DNA of 32,000 nucleotides from Vibrio diazotrophicus (lineage in GTDB: Bacteria; Pseudomonadota; Gammaproteobacteria; Enterobacterales; Vibrionaceae), in the NCBI RefSeq assembly GCF_038452265.1, contig NZ_CP151843.1:521221-553220 (forward strand), given 5' to 3'. Each line of letters starts with the position of its first letter. Position 1 is the stretch's first letter. The position numbers were made by a program, and so were the translations under genes. The notes under the pieces are model-generated. The model had not been told where the DNA came from, made no database searches, and saw only the letters and a program-made list of their open reading frames with translations. This document shows, in pieces, positions 24,253 through 32,000 of this stretch.

Positions 24253-25000
24253 ATTTGTCTATATGAGTTACGAATCCATCTCCCACACATATTGTATATC
24301 TATAGTTGTATCCACAAAATAGCTTTTGCATAGGTGTCTTTGATTTTAGAGAAGAACTTAATGGTTAGGTCTACTGCTTGAACATTCTTTTTCTATATCA
24401 ATTAGCTTCATCGAGAAGCCAAATTCAACGACTTTATTAAGCAAAAGACGGCTATGTTATTTAGGCTAAGTAATGTTAGTTCTGAATCAACGCATTTTAA
24501 CGTACTGTACAAGCGGTAAGTGACAATGTCACTAGCTAAATGTATCAACCGTTTGCCCAGTGAATTACTCCAAACACTTGATTTCACCTCAAGCTAGGTA
24601 GCCTTTTATCTGCTCACTAAGTGCACCAACTCATAATCCTTCATAAATTAAATCCATATCGAATTTGCAACTGTATATAAGGCTCTGGAGATAAGTAAGC
24701 AATCACACCGTAACCAAACAGAATAATACACTAGCCCATTACCTCGCTCGTAAGTGATCTGTAATTTTATTACAAAACGAGAAAAGGCACTAAACTTACC
24801 AGGGAAAAACTCTGCTGCATCTTATTGAAAGTGAAAGATTTATAGTTTTATCTAACGGTTTTGTTGTGTTTTGGTATGGGGGTTTTGTGATTTACACAAT
24901 TACAGCGGTGGTTTTAATGGCTAGCAGAGAGTGCAGCAATACCTAAGGGGTAATTGCTACAAGTGTTTAGATGAGTGTGAGAAGTGAAATTGGAGGTAAT

Positions 25001-25020
25001 AAAAAAGGCACTTACGTGCC
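25001..25020 (-). terminator. Weak Rho-independent terminator after the yoaH-like gene
   Basis: On the minus strand: GGCAC-GTAA-GTGCC followed by TTTTTT. Confidence 0.45.
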
Positions 25021-25029
25021 CTATCAGTC

Positions 25030-25185
25030 TCAGTTTTGTTGCTCTTGTTGCTTAGCTTTTCGAATCTCATCAGCAACTATTTTTATTGCCTGTGCAGTGC
25101 TCATGCCTTCAGACATTAAACTTTGTATCTTTTCGACTGCTTCTTGCTGTTCTGCATGTGTTAAAGGTGGGAAATCATCAAACAT
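25030..25185 (-). CDS. yoaH: YoaH-family (UPF0181) small protein, 51 aa; absent from the ORF track
   Basis: My translation [51 protein letters not shown] aligns with E. coli YoaH ([42 protein letters not shown]...). Confidence 0.75.
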   Translation of the reverse strand: MFDDFPPLTHAEQQEAVEKIQSLMSEGMSTAQAIKIVADEIRKAKQQEQQN

Positions 25186-25210
25186 AAAAAAGGCTCCTAA
25201 TATAGGAGCC
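25186..25210 (-). terminator. Rho-independent terminator after the outer-membrane protein gene
   Basis: On the minus strand: GGCTCCT-ATATT-AGGAGCC followed by TTTTTT. Confidence 0.6.
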
Positions 25211-25227
25211 CTACTATAGTGAGTTGA

Positions 25228-26412
25228 TTAGTAACTCGCAAGGAAGTTAATGTATGCGCCCATAGCATTTTCATTGGTGTAGCTTGCTGCCAAATCTAGC
25301 TGGAACAAGTTCAATGGTGAAATACCAACACCCGCAGTTATCGTTCCTTCGCTATCATCATAAGCGAGATTCTTGTAATAACCTGCTCTAAGCTTTAGTT
25401 GTCGTAGGATATCTATTTCACCACCAACTCGAATCATCTGCGTGTTGTCATTAAAATCAACGTAGCGTTCTTTTTCATTGAGATCGTAATCCACACTTAG
25501 CGTAAAGTAATCAGCAACGATACCTGCACCCACTGTATATTGAGGTCGCATTTCGTATTGGTAGCTAAGTGAAGGATTACCTGACACTGCCGATGGTATT
25601 GTCAGTGTTTGTACATCACGACTAACCATGTCACTTGCAGCTAAGCCCACTCGAAATGGCCCATAGAACCAAAGTGCACCGGCATCAAGGTTAAACATAG
25701 TTTCACCATTGCCGTTGTCTGCAACATCAGCCAAATCGTAGTTTGACATGCTTGCTTCATAAACATATGTGTAGATACGTTGTAACTTTGGAGTCACGCC
25801 AAACGCTATATGTTGGCCAAGAAAGGTTTGGTATTTGGCTAATGATATCCCTACTTCTGTAACTGCTACTGATACTGCATTTACAGTACTGCGTTGTGCT
25901 CGGTCAACTGTGCACTGTTCAGTTGTAAGTGACGGAGCACAAGAACTCGCGCTCGCTATTTTCGGATTTGAGAAGGTTTCTGAATAAGCTTTGCCGTAAA
26001 CGTTGGCAGCTATGAATTGGTTTGGAATAGCGAATGCAACAACACCACCCAACTCAGCGTTAAGAATGCTGCCGTTGATATGATCTAAAGTTGTTCCTAG
26101 CTGATCTACATTGCTGTAATCACCATTATTTGCTTTATCGAGAATATCTGAAATGGTATCCAAATCATCAATCATTCCATCTTGGTCATCATAAGAAAAA
26201 CCAATACTTGGAAGGATCATACCTACATCGTCATTGCGGCGATATATTGCAACTAAAGCGGGATTATAAAACGGGCCGGTAAGAAAGCTCCCAGATACGA
26301 CACCAACTCCACCCATTGCGTCACCGCGAGCTTCAATTGCATAGTTAGCCGCAAACGCCGTAGGAGCGCTTAGCATAATAGAAAGTGTGAGAAATTTAAT
26401 TTTATTATTCAT
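25228..26412 (-). CDS. outer-membrane beta-barrel protein (vxrD position; TraF-like by recollection)
   Basis: Signal peptide MNNKIKFLTLSIMLSAPTAFA, alternating beta-strand pattern, and a C-terminal aromatic residue (…NFLASY). Confidence 0.65.
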   Translation of the reverse strand: MNNKIKFLTLSIMLSAPTAFAANYAIEARGDAMGGVGVVSGSFLTGPFYNPALVAIYRRNDDVGMILPSIGFSYDDQDGMIDDLDTISDILDKANNGDYSNVDQLGTTLDHINGSILNAELGGVVAFAIPNQFIAANVYGKAYSETFSNPKIASASSCAPSLTTEQCTVDRAQRSTVNAVSVAVTEVGISLAKYQTFLGQHIAFGVTPKLQRIYTYVYEASMSNYDLADVADNGNGETMFNLDAGALWFYGPFRVGLAASDMVSRDVQTLTIPSAVSGNPSLSYQYEMRPQYTVGAGIVADYFTLSVDYDLNEKERYVDFNDNTQMIRVGGEIDILRQLKLRAGYYKNLAYDDSEGTITAGVGISPLNLFQLDLAASYTNENAMGAYINFLASY

Positions 26413-26470
26413 GACGATATAAGCGTTAGTTCCTTTTCGTTTATAACGGCATATTGTGAACTAACTTTAG

Positions 26471-27349
26471 TTATTCCTCTACGGAAATATCATATGTCTT
26501 ACTGATAACCTGAGATTGCTCAATAGAAATCGGTCCTTGCCAACGAAGATGCGTCATCGATACCGCTAAAATGTATCTATCAGGCGAAAGATCTGTTGCT
26601 TCCAGATTTGTTGGATAATCGGACTCGTATTCTTTTGACCACACTTCTTTATATTTTCCATCAATGTAGTCATAGACATTAATATCTAGCTTGGGTAAAG
26701 GGCAAAAACGATTAAGTAATGCATTCTTATCTACTGTCCATTGATCTTTTGAAGCCCAGCGAACCGTCTGTTTTGCTCTACTTTCGGTAAAAATAACCCA
26801 AGTGCTCCATGACTCGTTGTCTGACGTAGAAATATCTAAACGATATAAACCCATATCTGGTTTATTGTTTAAGTTATAACGTTTAATAAATGACGTAGAA
26901 CCTTGAGTGACGTTGTCACGGTTAATTTTGGTAAACGTTGTATCACCAGATAAAGGTTTATCCACCCATTGTGTGAGTTCAATGGAATTGAGTTCTTTTT
27001 GACTCTTTGCATCAACCAGTACCTGATAGGCATCTCTGCCAGGGCTTCTTATATCGAGCCGACGAATATTGATTGATGAGATCCAGCTAGGTAAAGGGTT
27101 TGCATCTAATCCTTTGCCGCAATCCACGGTTAAGGCTTGGAGCAGCAAATCATTAAGGTGATTTTTGATATTTTTGTTATGTTCCAGCTGCCACACTTCT
27201 ACAAGTGAAACGAACATATTTTCGAGATCATTATTTAGAAGACGCTGATGAGCTTGCGTCAGTGGTGAATTGCTTTCAAACCACTCTACACTATTTGCGG
27301 TTAATGGCACGCAACATAGCGTGCCAACGATGAATGCTATTTTTCGCAT
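26471..27349 (-). CDS. secreted protein of unknown function (vxrC position)
   Basis: 292 aa with a signal peptide (MRKIAFIVGTLCCVPLTANS). It starts 3 nt after the response-regulator stop. Confidence 0.6.
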   Translation of the reverse strand: MRKIAFIVGTLCCVPLTANSVEWFESNSPLTQAHQRLLNNDLENMFVSLVEVWQLEHNKNIKNHLNDLLLQALTVDCGKGLDANPLPSWISSINIRRLDIRSPGRDAYQVLVDAKSQKELNSIELTQWVDKPLSGDTTFTKINRDNVTQGSTSFIKRYNLNNKPDMGLYRLDISTSDNESWSTWVIFTESRAKQTVRWASKDQWTVDKNALLNRFCPLPKLDINVYDYIDGKYKEVWSKEYESDYPTNLEATDLSPDRYILAVSMTHLRWQGPISIEQSQVISKTYDISVEE

Positions 27350-27352
27350 TGA

Positions 27353-28012
27353 TTACGCTTTCATCTTATATCCTACGCCTCGTAATGTTTCGATCTCAAG
27401 ACCTGGCAATTTCTGGCGTAGTTGAAGAACGTGCGTATCAACCGTTCGTGTTGTTGGGAAATGGTTGTAACCCCAAACATGATCCAACAGTTCATCACGC
27501 GTAAATACTCGACCCAAGTTGCTCGCTAAGAAAAGCAGCAAATCAAATTCAGTACGTGTAAGTGTCACCGATTCGCCTTTGTAAAATACATCACGAGTCG
27601 CTTTGTCTATTGTTAATTCTGGCAACACAACTTTAGTGTCGTCTTGACCATCTGATTCCGGAGAACGTAACTGAGCGCGAACGCGTGCGAACAATTCTGC
27701 TTCAGCAAAAGGTTTTGTCAGATAATCGTTAGCGCCTGCATCTAGGCCTGCTACTTTATCTTTTACTGTTACTAACGCGGTTAATAAGATGACAGGTACA
27801 TCTTTTAACTTTTTCCAATCCGGTAAATGTTGAACAGAATCACCATCTGGAAGCTGGCGATCTAGAATCACTAAATCAGCCTTTTCCCAATGCTGCTTAA
27901 CATCTGCGATTGTTTCTGCATGTAAACAGTCATATCCTGCTTGCTCTAAGCTTACTAAAAGACCATCAGCTAGGTTTTTGTCATCTTCAACAAGAAGCAA
28001 CGTCTGTTTCAC
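27353..28012 (-). CDS. vxrB: OmpR-family response regulator (VxrB/WigR-like by synteny)
   Basis: Receiver domain (LLLVEDD...LVILDRQLPDGDS...LTAL...KP) plus a winged-helix domain (LTRTEFDLLLFLA...RGVGYKM). GTG start at 28012 after GGAG. As I recall, the gene order pntAB-HK-RR-2 genes matches V. cholerae VCA0563-0568. Confidence 0.8.
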   Translation of the reverse strand: MKQTLLLVEDDKNLADGLLVSLEQAGYDCLHAETIADVKQHWEKADLVILDRQLPDGDSVQHLPDWKKLKDVPVILLTALVTVKDKVAGLDAGANDYLTKPFAEAELFARVRAQLRSPESDGQDDTKVVLPELTIDKATRDVFYKGESVTLTRTEFDLLLFLASNLGRVFTRDELLDHVWGYNHFPTTRTVDTHVLQLRQKLPGLEIETLRGVGYKMKA

Positions 28013-29441
28013 AGGGTATCTCCAATATAAAAGTAGTTGGTGGGCCAATTAGGGTCATTCTACCGCCCATTCTATCGACCATCGATTCTACTATAGTTAA
28101 GCCAAGTCCTAAGCCACTCTTACTTACAAATGGCTTACGTAGGTGACGCCAATCCTTGTTTGTTAGTGTCCCTTGATCAGTAACTTTAATCGTCACTGAA
28201 TCAGATTTTGTGATTACTTCTAACGTCACTGGTGCAACACCGTACTTCACGGCATTACGTATTAAATTGTCTATGCATGTGCCTAGCCAATATACATTTA
28301 ATTTCGCAGCAATATCATCATTAATGACGAGTTCAATATCATTATTAAACTCTTCTTCCACTTTATACTGCAGCCATTCTTGCACAGATGGAACCCAATC
28401 AGTTGCAAGTGGTTTATTGTCTGATTGCAAATAGTCTTTGCTTGCTTCAGCCAACTGTCTTAAACGTCTAGAGTCTTCGCACAACCGGCGAAACTCATCG
28501 TATAAGGAATCTGGTAAGCGTTCAAACTCTCGCCTAAAGCCTTCAACAGTAAGAGATAGACTCGCGATGGGCGTTCTTAGTTCATGTGTCAGTATTTGCA
28601 GTACCAGCATGCGACTTTTCATCTCTTGCCGCTTACTGTTCCAACGATAAATAGACCAGCCGATCACCAACAAAATGTTGGCGATAACAAGTCCGATCAT
28701 ACTTATACGCAAAAGATCGGAATGATCTTCAACATTCCAGCAAATATTTCCTCGTTGAACAAAACAAGTATTGTCTATTGAAGCAATACTGTATGTTAAT
28801 CCCGCCTGAGTTGAGTTCGCATCCCACGTATCTTTATCGAAAATGTAATACTCGTCTCCTTTTCTAAGCCAAAGCTCCTCTCCTTCTGCGAACATCATCG
28901 CTCCAGAGATCAATGCTGTTATAGACTCTTCATCCATCGCTTGTAAACGCCCTAATAAAGTATTAGGTTCAGCTTTTGCGCGTTCCTGAATATGCATATA
29001 TTGCTCTAGCTCATTAAGCTTTTCAGGATACTTTTTTACATAACGTTCAGCATATGTGCCTCCACCTGGGTGAATCAGGCCACTTCGAGCAAACCAGCGT
29101 GAAGACAACTGGGTGCCTTTACATGTTGCTCTGGTAAAAACGAGTGGTTCTGTTACCAACGGATTAAGCGGAAGGTTTCCAGCACAATTCAATGCAAGCT
29201 TGTACAACATTTGAATATCTTTTATTGGATATTGAGCTGTTTGCGGGAGCATGCTTTCAGGAGTAAGTAAACGAGTTGGGTAGTCGGTTTGTATTCCTCT
29301 GATATCGTAAAAATCGACGGCGGAATCATAATCAAATAGCGACACAAACAGATCAATACGCTCTGGGAGCGAATCTGCAAATGTGGTAGCCGAAAAAGTC
29401 GTCACAATTAGGGCAAATGTTAATTTAATCGCTTTTATCAA
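27987..29441 (-). CDS. vxrA: sensor histidine kinase with a large periplasmic domain (VxrA/WigK-like by synteny)
   Basis: Signal/TM1, a ~220-aa periplasmic domain, TM2 (MIGLVIANILLVIGWSIY), H-box LTHELRTPIASL, and N/G boxes (IRNAVKYG; GLGLGLTIV). Confidence 0.8.
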   Translation of the reverse strand: MIKAIKLTFALIVTTFSATTFADSLPERIDLFVSLFDYDSAVDFYDIRGIQTDYPTRLLTPESMLPQTAQYPIKDIQMLYKLALNCAGNLPLNPLVTEPLVFTRATCKGTQLSSRWFARSGLIHPGGGTYAERYVKKYPEKLNELEQYMHIQERAKAEPNTLLGRLQAMDEESITALISGAMMFAEGEELWLRKGDEYYIFDKDTWDANSTQAGLTYSIASIDNTCFVQRGNICWNVEDHSDLLRISMIGLVIANILLVIGWSIYRWNSKRQEMKSRMLVLQILTHELRTPIASLSLTVEGFRREFERLPDSLYDEFRRLCEDSRRLRQLAEASKDYLQSDNKPLATDWVPSVQEWLQYKVEEEFNNDIELVINDDIAAKLNVYWLGTCIDNLIRNAVKYGVAPVTLEVITKSDSVTIKVTDQGTLTNKDWRHLRKPFVSKSGLGLGLTIVESMVDRMGGRMTLIGPPTTFILEIPCETDVASC

Positions 29442-29631
29442 TTTGATTGTTCGTTAAATCATAAGTTTAAAAAACTATAACGTATTATGCTCAAAATGAA
29501 CATCTAGCATGTTATATCGATGTCAATAATACTTATTTACGGTTTTATTGATTGCAATGTGTGAATTGTCGGATTTTGCTGAACCTGTACGTTTGTACCA
29601 AGTTTGTTTGAGAATACGGCCTACTCCAAGC

Positions 29632-29660
29632 AAAAAAAAAAGAGCAACATCAGTTGCTCT
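29632..29660 (-). terminator. Strong Rho-independent terminator after pntB
   Basis: On the minus strand: AGAGCAAC-TGAT-GTTGCTCT followed by a run of nine T. Confidence 0.8.
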
Positions 29661-29686
29661 TTGTCGTTTCAATAAAGGTCAGCCCA

Positions 29687-31063
29687 TTAGATGTGGCTCA
29701 AAATATCATTACAGCTCTGTTTAGCATCGCCGAATAACATTTGCGTATTCTCTTTAAAGAACAATGGGTTCTGAACACCTGCATAGCCCGTATTCATAGA
29801 ACGTTTAAACACGATAACGTTTTGCGCATTCCAAACCTCAAGTACAGGCATACCTGCAATTGGGCTGTTTGGATCTTCAAGAGCTGCTGGGTTAACAGTA
29901 TCGTTTGCGCCGATAACTAACACAGTATCTGTGTCTGAGAAGTCATCGTTGATCTCATCCATTTCAAGAACAATATCGTACGGTACTTTAGCCTCGGCCA
30001 ATAGCACGTTCATGTGACCCGGAAGACGACCTGCGACAGGGTGAATACCAAAACGTACAGTTACACCTAATGCTCTTAGTTTCTCAGTAATCTCATAAAC
30101 AGGGTATTGAGCTTGCGCTACCGCCATACCGTATCCTGGAGTGATGATGACAGACTTAGAGTTTTTAAGCATATCTGCTACATCTTCCGCATTTGTTTCG
30201 CGGTACTCTCCCTGCTCTTCATCTTCGCTGATTACTACTTCTTGACCAAAGCCACCGGCAATAACACTGATGAAAGAGCGGTTCATCGCTTTACACATAA
30301 TGTATGAAAGGATTGCACCCGAAGAACCTACTAGTGCGCCCGTAACAATCAATAGATCGTTTGCTAACATGAAACCAGCCGCTGCTGCTGCCCAGCCAGA
30401 ATAAGAGTTCAGCATTGAAACGACTACTGGCATATCGGCACCACCGATAGATGCAACTAAGTGATAACCAAAAGCGAAAGCGATCAGTGTCATCACGATC
30501 ATTGCAAACATGCTGCCATCAACATTAATGAAATGAATCATTAGCAGTGTTGAGATAACTATTGCCGCTAAGTTTAGCTTGTGTTTGTGTGGCAAGTTTA
30601 ATGGAGAAGACTTAATGATCCCACGAAGCTTACCAAACGCGACAATAGAGCCCGTAAATGTTACCGCACCGATGAACACACCAATGAACACTTCAACCAT
30701 ATGGATAACGTGTTCAGCATGAGTCGCCACTTCTGGAGCATCTAAAAAGCTGTTGTAGCCAACCAACACGGCCGCCATACCTACGAAGCTATGAAGAATT
30801 GCCACTAGCTCTGGCATTTCTGTCATTTCAACTTTCTTAGCGAAATGGATACCAATACCGCCACCAATCACCATTGCGATGATGACCCAAGTAAATCCTT
30901 CAGCATTAGGGCTAAAAATAGTCGCAATCAGTGCGATTGCCATGCCCGTAATGCCGTAGTAATTACCTGCTCTAGCTGATTGTTGTTTCGACAATCCGGC
31001 CAAACTCATAATAAAGAATAAAGCAGCAACAATATAAGCTGCTTGTACCAATCCTGCAGACAT
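29687..31063 (-). CDS. pntB: NAD(P) transhydrogenase subunit beta
   Basis: 458 aa. It has a multi-TM N-terminal half and a C-terminal NADP(H)-binding domain ([15 protein letters not shown]...[14 protein letters not shown]...[10 protein letters not shown]). Confidence 0.92.
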   Translation of the reverse strand: MSAGLVQAAYIVAALFFIMSLAGLSKQQSARAGNYYGITGMAIALIATIFSPNAEGFTWVIIAMVIGGGIGIHFAKKVEMTEMPELVAILHSFVGMAAVLVGYNSFLDAPEVATHAEHVIHMVEVFIGVFIGAVTFTGSIVAFGKLRGIIKSSPLNLPHKHKLNLAAIVISTLLMIHFINVDGSMFAMIVMTLIAFAFGYHLVASIGGADMPVVVSMLNSYSGWAAAAAGFMLANDLLIVTGALVGSSGAILSYIMCKAMNRSFISVIAGGFGQEVVISEDEEQGEYRETNAEDVADMLKNSKSVIITPGYGMAVAQAQYPVYEITEKLRALGVTVRFGIHPVAGRLPGHMNVLLAEAKVPYDIVLEMDEINDDFSDTDTVLVIGANDTVNPAALEDPNSPIAGMPVLEVWNAQNVIVFKRSMNTGYAGVQNPLFFKENTQMLFGDAKQSCNDILSHI

Positions 31064-31074
31064 TGCTTACTCCT

Positions 31075-32000
31075 TTAGTCTTTACGGAACATTTCAAGCA
31101 TACGTTTGGTAACGGTAAAGCCACCAAAAATGTTAATGCTTGCGATAAGAACGGCGATAAATGCCAAGAAGCTTACAAAGCCATTACCTTGCCCGATTTG
31201 TAGCAATGCGCCCACAACGATAATGCCTGAAATTGCGTTGGTTACTGACATTAGCGGAGTATGCAGAGAGTGAGTCACGTTCCATACAACGTAGTAACCC
31301 ACCACACATGCAAGTACAAACACTGTGAAGTGACCTAAGAATGCAGCAGGTGCAACACTTGCAACCCATGCAAACGCACCGACACCAACAGCCAAGCCAA
31401 TAATTTTCTTAGCTGGAGAGGTTGGTTCTTCTACTTTCGCTGCTTTAGGATCAACTTTCTGTGGTTTAGCTTGTGGCTGTGCTGAAACCTGAATTGGTGG
31501 AGCTGGCCAAGTAATTTCACCTTCTTTAACCACCGTAACGCCACGCAGTACCACATCTTCGAAATCGATGTTGATATTGCCGTCTTTCTCTTTACATAGC
31601 AGTTTTAGTAGATTTACTAGGTTGGTTGCGTAAAGTTGCGAAGACTGAGTTGGTAATCTGCCTACCATATCGGTATAACCGATAATTTTTACGCCGTTCG
31701 GAGTGGTAATCACTTGGTCTTTCACTGTGTACTCACAGTTACCGCCATTCGCTGCTGCTAAATCGACAATAACGCTACCCGCTTTCATTGAGTCAACCAT
31801 CTCTTTGGTGACTAATTTTGGTGCAGGACGTCCTGGAATAAGAGCAGTTGTGATAATGATATCTACATCTTTAGCTTGCTCTGCATAAAGTTCTGCTGCT
31901 TTTTTATTAAACTCGTCAGACATTTCTTTAGCATAGCCGTCACCTGAGCCCGAGTTTTCTTGGTAATCAACTTCCAAGAATTCTGCACCCATTGACTGAA
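31075..32000 (-). CDS. pntA: NAD(P) transhydrogenase subunit alpha (N-terminus lies beyond the window edge)
   Basis: The open frame reaches position 32000. It contains part of the NAD(H)-binding domain ([16 protein letters not shown]) and C-terminal TM helices, and lies immediately upstream of pntB. Confidence 0.9.
   Translation of the reverse strand, partial: QSMGAEFLEVDYQENSGSGDGYAKEMSDEFNKKAAELYAEQAKDVDIIITTALIPGRPAPKLVTKEMVDSMKAGSVIVDLAAANGGNCEYTVKDQVITTPNGVKIIGYTDMVGRLPTQSSQLYATNLVNLLKLLCKEKDGNINIDFEDVVLRGVTVVKEGEITWPAPPIQVSAQPQAKPQKVDPKAAKVEEPTSPAKKIIGLAVGVGAFAWVASVAPAAFLGHFTVFVLACVVGYYVVWNVTHSLHTPLMSVTNAISGIIVVGALLQIGQGNGFVSFLAFIAVLIASINIFGGFTVTKRMLEMFRKD

Noticed and set aside
24971-25219. 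82-aa plus-strand ORF.
   Set aside because: It is antisense to the 51-aa yoaH-like gene, whose translation aligns with E. coli YoaH. It also spans two terminator hairpins.

Overview
This looks like a Vibrionaceae chromosome-terminus region, with a backbone of roughly 40% GC by eye.

Left flank (1-5676): a SPOR lipoprotein, ddl, a Cre-like tyrosine recombinase, yciH, and a divergent DsbA-like/LysR pair.

At 5677-5704 there is a perfect 28-bp XerC/XerD dif site. From there to about 24.25 kb the window is a stack of filamentous-phage-derived elements that integrate using Xer (IMEX). They are delimited by a recurring XerC arm, TAATGCGCACT, at 5694, 8506, 11318 and 23911.

1. Two apparently identical 2,812-bp tandem copies of a satellite that has no morphogenesis genes. 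Each carries a gII-type Rep, an M13 gV-like ssDNA-binding protein, a divergent XRE repressor and an 83-aa ORF. Each also has a CTXphi-style pair of inverted dif-like sites that can fold into a forked hairpin.
2. A visibly GC-richer complete inovirus prophage (11.3-18.4 kb). It encodes a regulator, Rep, small proteins, the major coat protein, pIII-like, pVI-like and Zot/pI proteins, and its own pIV-type secretin.
3. A very AT-rich block of uncharacterised genes (18.4-23.9 kb):
   - a three-gene membrane-protein cassette;
   - a 320-bp GC-rich stretch with no ORF;
   - two paralogous small HTH-like regulators, each next to an att-like repeat;
   - a coiled-coil/TM protein gene broken by one in-frame TAA.
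4. A decayed gV remnant.

Right flank: a yoaH-like gene, a vxrABCD-like two-component operon, and pntB/pntA (pntA runs off the window).

The best candidates for something undescribed are the RS1-like tandem satellite with its heterologous secretin-encoding putative helper, and the unknown membrane-protein cargo modules at 18.4-23.3 kb. All family assignments come from motifs I can read directly. No database search was run.
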